Positions 23,622-37,831 of a stretch of 63,942 nt of DNA are shown in pieces (the first letter of the stretch is position 1; each line of letters begins with the position of its first letter). Made by a program: the position numbers and the translations under genes. Origin of the DNA: Rhynchobatus australiae. Lineage: Eukaryota. Under the pieces are notes generated by a model. That model searched no databases. It had not been told where the DNA came from and was given only the letters and a program-made list of their open reading frames with translations. Where the stretch lies: NCBI GenBank assembly GCA_034780895.1, contig JAUZTB010000057.1, forward strand, positions 12,730,365 to 12,794,306, given 5' to 3'.

Positions 23622-26489
23622 CTGAGAAGAAAAACAAAGCACAAGGGCACATATAAAATATTCCAGTTATGAATGCAAATAGAATTATACCTAATCATGT
23701 GATTAATTTAGCAACAAAGGACATAAATAAGAAGTAAACTTATAGCATATGTTAAGTACAATAATTTGTGCATTGATGATTCAGGTGAATAATGGAAATC
23801 CAAAGAGGAAGTAGGTAGAGCAGCATATTTTTAATGTAAAATAACAATCTCAATCTGCCATTCAGAGGATGTTTCGGCAGGGAAATCCCACCTGATAACC
23901 ATTGGTGCTGACGTGTGACATGTCTCACCAGATGACAGCATCTTGAATGATTCTGGGGATTCCCAATTACATTTTGGACATGCAGTTTTCAAATATTTAG
24001 AAATGGAATATTATAGAGGAAGATCAATATTGTCTGTACAGGGAAAGAAGCGAGTAACTTAAAAGAAACACAGCCGGAATAAAGTACAAGGCAGTATTTC
24101 CTTTATTTTTAAATTGATCACTGAGGTAAGATTGTTCGATATTTGGTCTACCTGACCTACACTGCTATATAATGTTGTGGTATGGTGGCCACATAAACTG
24201 TGAAGCCACATTCCTACAAACTTGTATTCATTCTCATTTATGCATCGTTCTGAATATCAGAGCTCCCTTTCTCTGCAGCCAATGGCTTTCATTACTGAGA
24301 TGGCCCTGACCAAAATCACAAATGACACTCTCATCCCTTGTGGTGATTTATACCTCTCTGGGACATCTATCTTTGCTTGTCTTACCTTTATGAATTATTT
24401 GGCTTCATAACATCTCCTTTGGATTGCACACCTATCAATCCAAGTGCGGTTATTATTACTCCAGTGATGGCCTCCCTTCCTATTGGAGTTGCTCAGAGTT
24501 CTCTCCTTGATTTTCTTACCTAAAAGCTGCCTTCCGACAAAAATGACATCAGTTTTTACAACTCTACTGATGTCATTCCTGCTCAACTCTGGAAACTGCT
24601 GTATTGCAAGGTTGTCTGTCTGATTTCGTCATGGATGAACCACTGCTTCCTGCAACTAAAGCCTGCAAACTTTGCCTCCTCACTACTGTGTTATTTCTCT
24701 CTCTAGCCATATGTAAAAACTGAATAATAATGAGTAAGCTCTTGCATTTTTTTTGTCCTCTATTGACACTTTGAACTCCCAAATCCACTTTCCACCAGAA
24801 AATTTGTCCCACTTCTATGGTTTTTAATCACAGACAGGATTAATTGATATTATTGATATTAATTCGACCGGAGAACTGTGGTTCCATACATGCTAACCTA
24901 TGGCAAGTCTCATTTTCCAATTATTCCTCTTCACATTGGCTCTGTGCACCTCAAAACAAATAAATCCTTCTTCAAAGTGCTCATGCATTTGTTACACGAA
25001 CTCTGCAACCACCCTCAGCCTTAGTTCCCCTCCCCCAACATCATAAACATGTCGGTTGCCCTCCTGAAAAGAAACTTGATTCTTTCCCTTCAGCATCCCT
25101 TCAAATCTGCATACTGGCAGAACCTTCAGCTAGTGTGGTCTTAGCTCCTTAGAAACCACCCTCCCCCACCCCAACCCATAAACAGTTTCCATCCTTTAAA
25201 CTTCTTCTCAGTACCCATGTGTTCGACCAACCTTTCGCTCACTGCCCTGATTTTGGCTTCTGTTCATATCGCTGTATGAAATGCCACAGGACGACCAGCC
25301 AGCAGGCTCACAAATTGAATACATCAGCAAATAAGTAGCAAGGGTAAAAAGGGTGATAGTATTTGGGCTTCAATGATAAGATTTCCTGTCCTTGACACAT
25401 CTTCCAATTTGAGAATTCTGCATTAAAGGAAATCTCTTTTGTCATTGGCACTGGATCAAAACGATAAAAAGAAATATAACATGCTGGCTGTTCACCAATT
25501 AGTTGGACATGAGAAGTGTCTTCTTGATAGTCATTAAGGCTATTCAAAAAATCATGATGTAAATAGGGACTTTATTTAGCCATTACATAGAGCAGTCAAA
25601 AATTAAAAAAGATTACAGTTAAGAATCAAATAATGGAAACAAAATTAAATACTCACATTGCATGAGANNNNNNNNNNNNNNNNNNNNNNNNNNNNNNNNN
25701 NNNNNNNNNNNNNNNNNNNNNNNNNNNNNNNNNNNNNNNNNNNNNNNNNNNNNNNNNNNNNNNNNNNNNNNNNNNNNNNNNNNNNNNNNNNNNNNNNNNN
25801 NNNNNNNNNNNNNNNNNNNNNNNNNNNNNNNNNNNNNNNNNNNNNNNNNNNNNNNNNNNNNNNNNNNNNNNNNNNNNNNNNNNNNNNNNNNNNNNNNNNN
25901 NNNNNNNNNNNNNNNNNNNNNNNNNNNNNNNNNNNNNNNNNNNNAATTGGAATTAAAAGGCAAATATACACAGTAGGAAATAAGTCATGCTGAGAAAATT
26001 CCAACAAATCTGTAAACATTAAAGAATAGGCTCTCTAAATAATACCAGTTCTCATATCAGCTATTCTCTGACTATAAATTCCAAATGCTGGTAGATTTCG
26101 TTTGCACTGGTCTCATTTCAGTTAAGATTACTTATTTACACTTCACTTAAGGCTTTTGGTTTGCACTTATACAACAACTTGTTTTGCTTCATACTTGGTT
26201 ACAACAACATTGTGCAAATAAGGTTCCTACTGATGTAAAACAATAGTGAGGGTTCCTCCCCTGCCCACTTCTGGAATAAAGGATGAGTCCTACGTGGAGA
26301 AGACAGTAAAACATAGGAATCTGACATAAAGCTGCTCAGTATTTTTGCCTGCAATTATAGAACAAAGGCAGCAATTTAGTTACTTATGGCAGAATCAGCT
26401 CTGAAACAACTATCCAGTTTCACAGAATCAAATAATGGTTACAGCACAAGAGAAGGCCACTTGTCTGCACCACCTCTCCACCTGGGCAA

Positions 26490-29160
26490 CTCATAGTCAC
26501 AGAGTAATACCACACGGAAACAGGCCCTTCTGCCCAACTTGTCCATGCTGACCAAGGTGCTGACCTTTTGCTCACGTTGGCCTGTATCCCTCTAAAATCA
26601 CTAAGTTCACCCTCTTTCTCCGTAACCATGCAAATTTTTCCTCACTATCCATTTATCCACTACCCTCTGGAAGGCCACAATGGAACTTGTTTCCACTAGA
26701 CTGGCCGACAGTGCATTCAGGTTACAACTACACACTGCGTAAGCAAGTTTTTCCTCATGTCACTCTTAATCCCTTTATTTTATATCTGTGTCCTCTAGTC
26801 CTCAACTGGTCCATCAAAGGAAATAACCTCCCACTATGGTCTCTGTTCATACCACTTGTTATTTAACATACTTCTATCAAATTTCCCCTCAGCCTTCTCT
26901 TCTCTCAAGAAAATAGTCCCAACCTCTCTAATCTAAGATACAGGAAGAGAATTAGGCCATTCAGCCCAATATCCTTGTATTATCCATGGTCCCTTATCCC
27001 AGGAACCACTGTCATAAACCTTTTCTGGACTGTCTCTCTGACACCCTTACATACTTTCTATAATGTGGCAAGCGGAACTGAACACAATACTCCAGTTGAG
27101 GCCGGACCAGTGTTTCATGAAGCATACTTACCTGCTCTTACACTCAATGCCTCTACTGAAAAAGCCCACATTCATGTAATCTCATTAAACACTTTCTCAA
27201 CCTGCCCTGCTGTTTTCAATGATTGAGCACACATCCGTCTTGGTCCCCCTGCTACTGCAGCCCTTTTACAATAGCATTCTTTATTCTATATTGTCTCTCC
27301 TCATTCTTCCAACCAAAATGCATCACCTCAAATCTCTCCACATTAAACTTTATCTGCATGTGTCTGCCCATTCCATTAACCTGCTGCAATCTATCATCAT
27401 CCTCTTTGCAGTTGACAATACTGTCATGTTTTGTGTCATCTACAAATTTAGAAGTTGTGGCTTGCATCCCCAGGTTTAAGTCATTAATATAGATCAAAAA
27501 AAGCAACCGCCTCAACACCAATTCCCTGCAAGTGTCACTATTCACCTTCCTCGAGTCTGAAGAATAACTAATCACCATGACCCTTTGTTATCTATTACTT
27601 AGCCAATCTCTTACCCATGTTATCAATGTCCCCTTTATGCCATGTGTTTCAACTTTGCTGATGAGCCTGTTATAATACACTTTATCAGAAGTCGTCTGGA
27701 GGTTCACACACTCCACATTGACCAGACTACCCTCATTAATTGTTAACTGATTAAAAAATTCAATCAAATTGGTTAAATACAATCTGCCATTTAGAAATCT
27801 GAGACATCTTGTCATATTTTATCAGTTTTCCTCCAGATGACTATTAATCCTGTCCCAGATCAATGCTTCCAAAAGCATTCTTCACCATTGAGGTTAAACT
27901 GACTGGCCTGCAGTTGCTGACATGCACTCCTCTTCCTGAGGGAAATGTTGCCCTCAAACATTTCCATTCCAAGTATTTACTTAATTTCTTGTTGAACCTT
28001 TTCTTTTTCTGCACTGTGGGATCCATTCCAGATTATAGTCACTCTTGGTGTGTTTTCATTTTTTTCACTTCACTTGGTTCTTTTGTCAATTGTCTGTCAT
28101 TGGAAACAGTATCTCCTTATTTACACTACACCTCTTATCAAATCGTGTGTTAACCTTGTCTGGCTTAAGGAGAACCATTCCTCTATCTCTAGTTTCACCA
28201 CCTGATTGAAACTTTTCATCTCGGATACCATTTTTAAAAATCTGACANNNACACGAAGGTAATAACATCCTTGATAAAGTGATACAAAACTACAGCTATG
28301 ATTTAACTCATATATAAGGATTTACCATAAATTCCTTGCTTTTGCACACTAGATCTCCATCTGTAAGTATACTTGTCAAGGTTACTCTTAAACAGCCTTC
28401 TCAAATTGTCATGCCACCTTCAAAGACTCGCATGCAACCCCAGCTGCATTCTGAACTCTTGAGCAGCTTTGTCCTGTCATTCATACTGTACAATTTAGTT
28501 TATATATGCCTCGCCTCATTTTTCCCCATCAGTTTGAAACATTTTCCACTTTTCAATGTTGGAAGTTCCTATGTCTTCTGTGGTCATCTGAGTTTTGTTT
28601 CATCCGCAAATGTCAAAATTATGTGCTGTATACTGTGCAATTAATGTCTAAGTCATTAAATAATAGGAAATAAGAGCAGTGGCCCCAACCTAAATACTGG
28701 CAACATCAGTATGTAGGTCTCTCCACTACAAAAAGAGCCATTCACCACTGTTCTGCTTTCTGTCTCTCAGTCCATTTCTTACCTCAGACACTGCCCCTGT
28801 AACACAACAGGCTTCTATGTTACTACAAATCTATCCAACACATTTGAGTTGTCCATTTACACATTGGCCACTATCTTCATTGTTTCTCCTTTACCTCAAA
28901 GGGCTTTATCAAGCTTGTCATGCACAATTTGCTTTTAGCAGATCTGTACTGGTTTTTATAAGTTAACCCACACTTTACCAAGTACCAATTTATCCTGGAT
29001 TACTTATTAAAAATTTCCCACCACTGGGAAATGTTATGCTGATTGGCTGGGAGGTGCCAAGTTTATGCAGCTCCTTGTTTTTAAATAGTAATGTACATTT
29101 AAAATCCTCTGGTCCTCCCGTGCACAAGGAGGTCTTGAAAACCTGCAACCTCACTGTCTG
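26490..29160 (-). mobile_element. Cluster of decayed CR1 LINE fragments including RT domain
   Basis: Minus-strand SNCRPVSLTS, LTNLIEFF, LFLIYINDL, SKFVDDTK, KFNVE..EVMHFG motifs with stops and frameshifts. Confidence 0.85.
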
Positions 29161-29752
29161 CAATTTCCACATTTACTTCTTTAGTAATATTGACAATGCG
29201 TTGTATCTCTGTGGGATGACTTTTCTGTTACCATCACTGTTCTACCTGTTAGTACCTCCTTTTTTTATATATTCTATCTAATGAATTATGAATTTACTTT
29301 TTGATAAATGGATAAACAATAATTGAATGTGGATCAATACTCCTGTCCCTGTTTGCAGTGATGCAGAATTCAAAATGCAAACAAAGCAGTAATGCTTCAG
29401 AGAGTATTAAGCTCAGCAGCTTAGTTACTTTAGGAAAATTTACCCGCCACCCTTATATTACCTAATGTTTACATGATTCTAGTCCTTCACCAATATGGCT
29501 GCCCTTGGAGGTGGGCTTGTACACTATTCAACTCTGTCAATTCCAATAAGTGAATAATAAACAAGGCTTACTATTCAGGGTATCTAAGAATGGACAATAA
29601 ATGCCAGGCCTACAATGCAAGTCAAACCTTGAAAATGAATTCTTAAAAGCAAAACCTCTCAAGCACAAATAGGATTCCAATAAGCTTCAAAATAATACAT
29701 TTTTATAAAGAGAATTTTACAGAAAGCGTAACACTTTACTTAAACATCTTAC

Positions 29753-29853
29753 CTCTTATAGAGCTCTTGGGCACTGAAAGTATAATACAAAAACAACGTG
29801 TTCCCTGTGAGGAACACCAGTATCCACAGGGTTGCAAGTACTGATCTTTTTTC
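29753..29853 (-). CDS. RNFT2: RNFT2 coding exon 4: EKRSVLATLWILVFLTGNTLFLYYTFSAQELYK(S)
   Basis: Absent from the ORF track; hand-translated; 101 nt, phase 0/2; aacag acceptor, gtaag donor. Confidence 0.93.
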
Positions 29854-32306
29854 CTGTTAAAAAAAATTAACAGTCACATTAAAAACAATGATTTTTCATT
29901 CAAAAGAGCTCTTGAGGCTGTTATTTTTTTCTCTCCAAGGATTATTTTTAACCTTTAGCAGGCTTTCAAACAATAGTTATTTATCACATTTTACAATGTA
30001 AAGCTGAATCTGCAGTTACATAGCATTTTTAAAAAGAACCATCGTCAAAAATTGAATGCTGGGCTAAAGAAGATATTAAACTGAAATGTAAGGTGATCTT
30101 AAAGGTGAAATAGTGGATAGAGAGAAACAGGGTTTACAAAGGAAATGTAAGACATGGGATTTTGGTGGCTGAAGTTAAGCATAGGATAGATACAGGTTGG
30201 TGGAATGATGAGGTGGAAGGTTTGGAGGGAAATTAGGATCAGACGAAATGTCAAAATAGGAGGCAAAATATGACAAAGGGACAAATATGAGTTGAGTTTT
30301 TTTGTTAATTTGAGGAATTGAAAAAAAACGTAGGTTAACAAGAACAGCAGGATAGGATTTGATGTGGGGTAGGTTCAGATTTGATAAAGTTGACATGTGA
30401 AGGAAAGAAGGCCAGATGATTGTGCGTTGTACTGCAGAATATTGTGTTGCTAAAAGTATGATTAAGGGTTTCAGTGGTAAATAAGCTAAGTTGGAGGCAA
30501 CACGTCTGTGGTCAATGATGTTCTTTGCATTGAATAGATGAAGCCAAAAATTAGGAACAGCGAATATTGACACTGCTGACAGTCTTATACAACCTCATAT
30601 AGAGACTAAGGAGTGGAAAGAATCTGTACCAAGCAAGTGGAGTTTCTGCCCAACACTTAGCTGCAGGAAATACCAAATCATCCAAGCCTAGATGCCCAAC
30701 AATACAGAAGCATTTGAAAAGTGAAGAGAGGGAGGTGGAGAGTTGGAGCTGGATATTGTTAATGTACATGTGCAAATCAGATCACAAAAGGGCAGTGAGT
30801 TACAGGGGTTAGGCCAAGGATCCACCTCTGGGGTGAATGCAGGTGGCAATGGATTGAGTGTGTGAAAATAAAATCCAAGTTATTGGATACTAAAAGAAAA
30901 CTACATTCAATTTTTATAGGCAGAAGTGGACTCATAAGTAGAGTAGCAGTCAACTGTCATGCAATCCTTTTAACATCATTAGTCAGCTCCTTAGATTAAT
31001 TGGAAAGTGCAATACATGATTAGTGCAACATGGCAAAAGCATTGAATGACATTCCATTTTATATATATAAAATTACTTAAGAATAATTAAAATACAGTGA
31101 GGTCACTCAGGACTCCAAATGTGAGAAAAAAATCCTGAACTGATTTATAAAAGTGATGTCAACAGGGAAGGCGAGATTGCTTCACTGCAAAGTGTGCTGT
31201 AATCTCTATTTTTATAAATCAACATAAAGCAATGTCACCATCCTTTACTCCTTTTTANNNNNNNNNNNNNCCAAGAAGACCTCAGTTTCTACGATCTTTT
31301 ATGCAGCTGGTCTGTGATAATGCCAATTGTTAAAGGATTCATTATTAGTTTAAAATTACCACAAGGTTCTGAATTAATAAAGCAATAAAGAATTAATAGA
31401 AAGTAACACTGTCAAATGATCAAGTTTCTTCCTCTGCAAAATGTTAGAAGTAGGAACTCTGAACAGAATGTGAACTGTAATAACCTGTGTGATTAGATAC
31501 AGACCCGATCTGTGCCAAATTAGTTGATCTCATGCAGTGTGGCTATAGGGAGCTACAAATGAGAGGAGAAATAGGCAAGGTTCCCACTCTTGATAGCTAT
31601 CCAGTGGTCCTGCTGGAAACTGCTTGTGTGGATGTTGATTGAGGACAGAGTGGACTCAGTTGTTGCACTTTCCGAAAGATGAACAGCTTGTCAAGACTTA
31701 CTGCATTGGCTCAGATAAGGACTGCAATTTGGGTAAGCTACTGAAAGGAAGCCAGCCTTGACACAACCTTACCCCAGGCAAAATAAAGTGTCAAAATTTA
31801 GCTGCAGTCAAGTAATAAATACAATGGCAATCTGGTAATAAATCATAAAAAGGATAAAAGTTGAATCTAATGCAGTTTTTCACATGTACATGGTAAAGAG
31901 TGGCAAGTGTATTCATTTCCAGCTCATATTGGTTCACAGTATATCTCAAGTGTGTGGTTCACAGTACATCCCACTGTATTTACATAAGAATTAAGGAACT
32001 TAATTAAGCAACTTATCTGAGGAAACTTAAGGTTTAGAGCAGTATGACAAATATATATCTTTATAATTATTTCCTCACTTTCACTTGATACAAAAGTGTG
32101 TAAGGAATGAATGGAGGGCAACCCATGCTATTTTATTCTTCAGATGCAGAACAACATAGAACAAAAGGCAAAGAGTGAAAATTAAAAGGAATTAGAACAT
32201 GCTTTTGCGGGGATTTTTTAAAAATCTATCTTACTGAAGGGGGGCAAACAAAAGAAGATGCTATTGGGGGGCAAAGAAAAGATGTTATTAAGTATGAAAT
32301 ACTTAC

Positions 32307-32383
32307 TCTTAAAGAAACTTGGTGTTTAACTGTTAAATTTGCATAAGCAAAAGTACTAGCCATTCCAATGCACACAGCAATAC
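32307..32383 (-). CDS. RNFT2: RNFT2 coding exon 3: (G)IAVCIGMASTFAYANLTVKHQVSLR
   Basis: Absent from the ORF track; hand-translated; 77 nt, phase 1/0; atacag acceptor, gtaagt donor. Confidence 0.93.
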
Positions 32384-33244
32384 CTGTATTGAATGCAAAA
32401 AAAAACAGTTGTATGTAGTTTCAAGAGTTAAACGTGTTTCAGGGTATTGTTCCTCCCAATCTTCCAACGTGATACTCTTCATAAATAACTGAGTTAACAA
32501 GTAAAGCCCAGTTCCATTGTCAACATCCCAATTAGAATCAGTTACTTATCCACTTAATTCAGGATATTCTGAGCATTGTTTAGCCCCAGGTGTGTTACTT
32601 GGCAGTATCTTTTTAAAGGCAAAATGCACATGTCTCCTAATCAGGATGATGATCATCTCATTTGAAGGACAGTTGTAGATTACTTATAATTGGTATCTCT
32701 GGGAACATCCCCAAACAATAGCTGCAATGTGATGGTGATATTGAACTGTCAGAACCAGTTGCTGAAGTGACAATTGTTCAATCAATTAATGCTATGACCT
32801 GAATAATCCATAGCATGACAAATAATGAGAGATCTCTCAGTTTCAAACTACATGTTTTTGCCTATCCATGCAGCTTTCTGATTATATGTGAATAAAGCCA
32901 GTTTGAAAGATAGTTTCATTACAAACATCACAAACAAAGCAGTCTTGATAACAGAGAATAGAAATGTTGGAAATTTTCAGCAGGTCAGAAAATAACTACA
33001 GAACAGGAAATAGAATTAACTCTTCAAATCAATAATCTTTCATTACAACCAGCCAATCTACTATTTTATATGCTATTTAAAAAGAATGCCTAACTTCATT
33101 GGATATTGAAAAGGTAAACTCAGATAATGTCGATCCAAATAGAGGGGAAAGTGATTTTGAAAAGAAGTTGGTTATTCCTTGTTTCTATTTTGTTAAATTG
33201 CAGAATGGAGGCAGCTAGGGACCAGTTATTGTGTGAGATTTATT

Positions 33245-33775
33245 TTAAAAATTGGTAAGACTACTGTTCTGGTCATCACACTATTTGGTGATTGCATTTG
33301 AGAGGGTACAGGAGATTCACTAGAGTGCTGCCTGAGATGCAAGTTTTCAGTCATGAGAGATTGAATAGATTGAGTTTGTTTCCCTTGGAGCAAAGGAAGT
33401 TGAGGGTAATCTGAAAGACATACCCAAAATTATGAGAATAGATAGAGCAGATAGTAGGAAACTTGTCCCATTGTAGATATATCTAAAACTAGAAGGCACA
33501 GATTTAGGGTAAAGGCAAGAGGTTTAGAGGGGGAATCTAAGAAAAAAACTTTATTATCCAGAAGGTGGTTGGAGTCTAGAAGCAGGTACTCTCACAACAT
33601 TGAAGAAATATCTAGGCAGGCACTTGAATTGCCAAGGCATAGAAAGCTATGGACCATGAGCTGGTTAATGGGATTGATGTGGAGAGGTAGCATGGTGGAT
33701 TGATGTTGACAGTCAGCATGGATAAAATGGGGTGAAGAGCCTATTTCAATGCTGTGTGACTGTGACTCTATGAGA
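33245..33775 (+). mobile_element. CR1 LINE 3' end
   Basis: Degenerate CR1 C-terminus and tail. Confidence 0.78.
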
Positions 33776-34239
33776 GTCTACGTAATGACAGTAATTATAA
33801 GCATGCCACCCACTGTAATACCTCAGGTTACAAGCAGAACTGATCCAAATGTTACAAATGGGTGAATGGAATACAAAATGCCTGTGCTTTGTTTTAAGTA
33901 GTAATATTGTGATGTATTGTGTTCACTTGCAACCACCAGCTCTTTCTTCTACAAAGGTCAATCTGATTCTCATTTTTGAATTTCTCAACTGCGCACCAAA
34001 ATGCAGAAGTCAGAGGTGTGTCTAGTGGCACAACACCGATGTTCTGAATCAAGGGACTGAATGTACTTTGCATCTGGCTCCCTTAGCTTTATCCCAGCCA
34101 TTTGACCTTGCTTGAAATTTATGTTAATCTTAATGTCATATTGAAATCTTAATTAATTTCTAAGACTTCAAATTGTTTTTATTACATTTATTTACATTTA
34201 GTTCTAGTTGAGTTGTTCTTAAATGTTTCTGATTATCAA

Positions 34240-34625
34240 CATTTAAGAAAAGTTTATCAGCCTTTGGCAGCGGTGAGGTATCAAAAGGGGGATGGATAGG
34301 GTAGATAGTAAGAATCTTGTGCCTTTGGCAAGACTGTTTAAAACAAGAGGGCATAGGTATAAATCAAAGGTGGGATGTTTGGAGAGGATCTGAGGAGGAG
34401 TTTTTTTTCACACGGAGAGTGGTTGGAATCTGGAACATGCTGCCTGAGGAGGTGGTGAAGGCAGGTACTCTCACAACATTTAAGAGCATCTAGACAAGCA
34501 CTTGAATCAAGAAGGTAAGGAAGGCTACGGACCCAGTGCGGGTAAATGGGACGAGACAGGTAAGTGCAATGGTTAGCACGGATATGGTGGTCCAAAGGGT
34601 CCATTTCCATGCTGTACAACTCTAA
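34240..34625 (+). mobile_element. CR1 LINE 3' end
   Basis: RGHR...FFTRRVVGIWN.LPEEVV motif and tail. Confidence 0.8.
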
Positions 34626-34799
34626 AAGGCCTTTAAGCTACTCATGTCAGGACAAAATGACTGAGACTCCACTTTGCAGAGCTCTGAGGACATGGTGTCA
34701 GCTTGGTCTATCCTCCATGCCCAGACCAGCTAAGTGCACCATCGCGAGGTCAGAGGGCCAGATCCACTACGGAAAAATCCACTAACAACTGGAAAACTG

Positions 34800-35225
34800 G
34801 TGCACACATATTTGGTAGAACTGCTGCCTCACAGCTCCAATGACCTGGGTTCAATCCTAACTTCTGGTGCAGTCTGTGTAGAGTTTGTATGTTCTCCCTG
34901 TGACTGTGTGTGTTTCCTCTTGATGCTCTGGTTTCCTCTCATACCCCAAAGATGTGTGGGTTGGTAGGTTGATTGCCCCTAGTGCAGGCAAAGTGGTTGA
35001 TTCTGAGGTGGAGTTGATGAGAATATGGGGGGAATAAAATTGGATTAATACAAGATTAATGTAAATGGNNNNNNNNNNNNNNNNNNNNNNNNNNNNNNNN
35101 NNNNNNNNNNNNNNNNNNNNNNNNNNNNNNNNNNNNNNNNNNNNNNNNNNNNNNNNNNNNNNNNNNNNTGATGTTTAGTGTGAATTCAACGGACTGATAG
35201 GCCTGTTTTTGTGCTGTATGACTCT
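34800..35225 (+). mobile_element. tRNA-derived SINE (HE1/V-SINE-like), spanning a gap
   Basis: ctgctgcctcacagctcc..gacctgggttcaatcc (B-box), gtgtagagtttgtatgttctccctgtgac core, CR1-like tail. Confidence 0.8.
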
Positions 35226-35842
35226 ACCTAGATATCTCCCTTCACAATATTTAGTATCAAAACATTATTCAATGAGATATGCATCTCCATTGAAATAAAA
35301 CTTCATGTCAAGTCATGATCAAAAGTAAGAGTCTGGAGATAATGGACAGATATCTTGAAATACTTGTCCATTAAATTTAAAGGGATGCATGGAATACAAT
35401 TTACTGTTNNNNNNNNNNNNGTAGTACTGCTATTTTCAAAGGATATTAGTTGAATTAACCAACCAGAGCAGTTCCCCTCCCCACACCAAGTATGTACACA
35501 GACTAAGTTCCCAGAACAACAGAAGAAAAGCATTTACATGTAAGTCATACTGTTAAAAAAAATAGGTTAGGTGCACTTTGAAGAGATTAGCCAAAATCAC
35601 TTTCTGCTATTGGTCTGTTAGTGAGCATAACAGGATGTAAACGTAAGCATAACAGATGTCCCATGGACCTAATTGCTTGACGTAAGCATGGAAGCTCCTA
35701 AGTATTCACTGTGGGCAACCAAAGGCTAACTGTAAATTTTTCCACAGTGTAATAAATAATCAGTAACAATCAGCACAGAATTTATAGCTCAGCCATCTGT
35801 TATTAACAGAATTAAGTTTGAAAAGCATCCAAATGCCCATAC

Positions 35843-36321
35843 CAAGTTTATGTTGAAAGCAAACTTTTGCCAGTAATATCAAGATAAAAGGAAGCCCCTT
35901 CTGAAGCCAGGCAATGGCAGCCTTGAGCTCTGACAGTGCTGGGGCTGGAGTTCCAGGGTCATCGCTGCCATCTTCCATATTTCCGTGGCGATCACCAGAA
36001 ACATGCAACAAGGATGAACGATGGTGGCTGTGGTGATAATGATGATGCCGATGGCGGTGATGGTACTGCATGTTCTCTGCACGAATGGCTCCTTCTTCCT
36101 GTGGGGTCATCTGAATAAACACATCTCCAGTTCCAACTGAGGCACTGAGTGAAGACCCCAAAACTAGACCAGACTGGAATGAAGCAGCATTTATTGGGCC
36201 TGACTGTAGACCCGTCAGACCAGAAAACATCTGCTGAGGGGATGGGCTTTCAGGTTTGAGCCCTTCAAAAACACCATTCTCATCCACACTGTTCTCTGAA
36301 CCAACTGTCTGACTCCTTGAT
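35843..36321 (-). CDS. RNFT2: RNFT2 coding exon 2 (Ser/Gly-rich N-terminus, His-rich tract, first TM ...WLQKGLPFILILLAKVCFQHKL)
   Basis: 479 nt, phase 2/1; ctcttttag acceptor, gtatgg donor; overlaps ORF 35760..36287. Confidence 0.95.
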
Positions 36322-36399
36322 CTAAAAGAGAAAATAAAACAAGTTCACAAACAATGCTGTAATACTAAACTTTAAGTTTAACATAATTGGATATATCAT

Positions 36400-36608
36400 C
36401 TGCCAAAGTTCATCTACTTTTGCAGTCGGTGAACTGTCACATGCAGTTCACATTGATAAATAAATCAACAGCAGAATTACCAAAATAAGTGTGGCCTTTG
36501 GCAGTCTACATGCAATTATGTAGGAGTGCAGAGGCAACAGTCAACAAACAAAAATGAAGGCCTACAAAGCCATTGTGCTATCTGTTCTGATGTGTGCATG
36601 TGAAACCA
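36400..36608 (+). mobile_element. RTE-clade LINE fragment
   Basis: Translates to VAFGSL...RG..QTKMKAYKAIVLSVLMCACET, like the RTE AFG.L...TK.KVY.A.VL..LLYG.ETW motif. Confidence 0.65.
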
Positions 36609-37831
36609 GCCTAGAAATTGGACCCATTCACTTTTTTTAAAAATAGCAAATTACACACAAAAACAGATTAACCCAGGGTAGATTGAGTTAGCTTGCATCG
36701 GGAAGATGGTCTAAGCCCTTGTATTGTGATTCAATTTAGCGTGCCTGAGATTTACCCAAGATTTACCTGATGACATCACAGACTGCCACTGTGTATGCTT
36801 CTTCCCTTGCTGGCATTAATTGGGAGTTTTTGGGTAAAGTGTTCGATCTTCATTAGTGACTCAAGACAAGGAGCACATTGCACAGGGATTCATGATAATC
36901 TGTTACTTGCCATTGATGCTCCGCATACAGCATCTGCAACAGTTTCTAATGGTCTGCATAAAGAACATGATTCCCTGGAGCTCCCTTCATTAAATGCAGC
37001 CTCCATGTGCAAATCAGTTCATTGGCCCCTTGATCAGCCAGATAACAACTTATTCATGNNNNNNNNNNNNNNNNNNNNNNNNNNNNNNNNNNNNNNNNNN
37101 NNNNNNNNNNNNNNNNNNNNNNNNNNNNNNNNNNNNNNNNNNNNNNNNNNNNNNNNNNTTAAATATAATGCTTCTTTTCCTGTCAAAAAGGACAATTTCA
37201 CATTTCCCAGTTTCCTCCCTCACTGATGGAAATGAAGCTTTGGGTGCAAACCATGACCTTTGTCAAACACTCACAGAACAAAAAGGTGTTCAGTTTTCAA
37301 TATTCAGGACACTTGAAACCATATTGCTGTTTGATTCATTACTGATTGTGACATTTTTCTACCCTACACATCAGAGCTACATGTTGTGACCTCCTCATCA
37401 TTGATCATTCTTCAGCTTGTAGAGAGGTGGAGCTACTTGTGGCGCAGTACTCGATCAGGGACGGTAACTGCATGGGGGTGCCCCAATCATGTGGCAGAGT
37501 GCCATGTCCCCCCTCCTCCACATCTTCCCTCACCACCATTCAGCCTTTCCTGCCACCTTACCTTATGGAGACTTGGGGAGAGTTCTTAAACTATGGCTTG
37601 CTTCCTGGTGCACAACAATGAAGAGATTGTTGCAAGCACTTCATGCAGTGCTCAATGGGAACCCAACACAACTCCTTTCAGTGTGTGACTGTGTGCAATA
37701 TGCCAGAGTGCTGCTTTTAATGTCTTTTTTGCTGAATTTCACTACTTTTTTTGGGAGATCCATGTGGGTGTTAGTGCTATACACAGCCCACGTTTAGCAC
37801 AACAAAGAAGGGTGAAATCCAATTTCTAGGC
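36609..37831. mobile_element. Non-autonomous TIR DNA element with 14-bp perfect TIRs and 5-bp flanking direct repeat
   Basis: GCCTAGAAATTGGA (36609-36622) ... TCCAATTTCTAGGC (37818-37831); AACCA on both sides. Confidence 0.7.

Noticed and set aside
34810-34870. tRNA gene (also 63670-63750)
   Set aside because: Box motifs continue into a SINE core and no complete cloverleaf is evident
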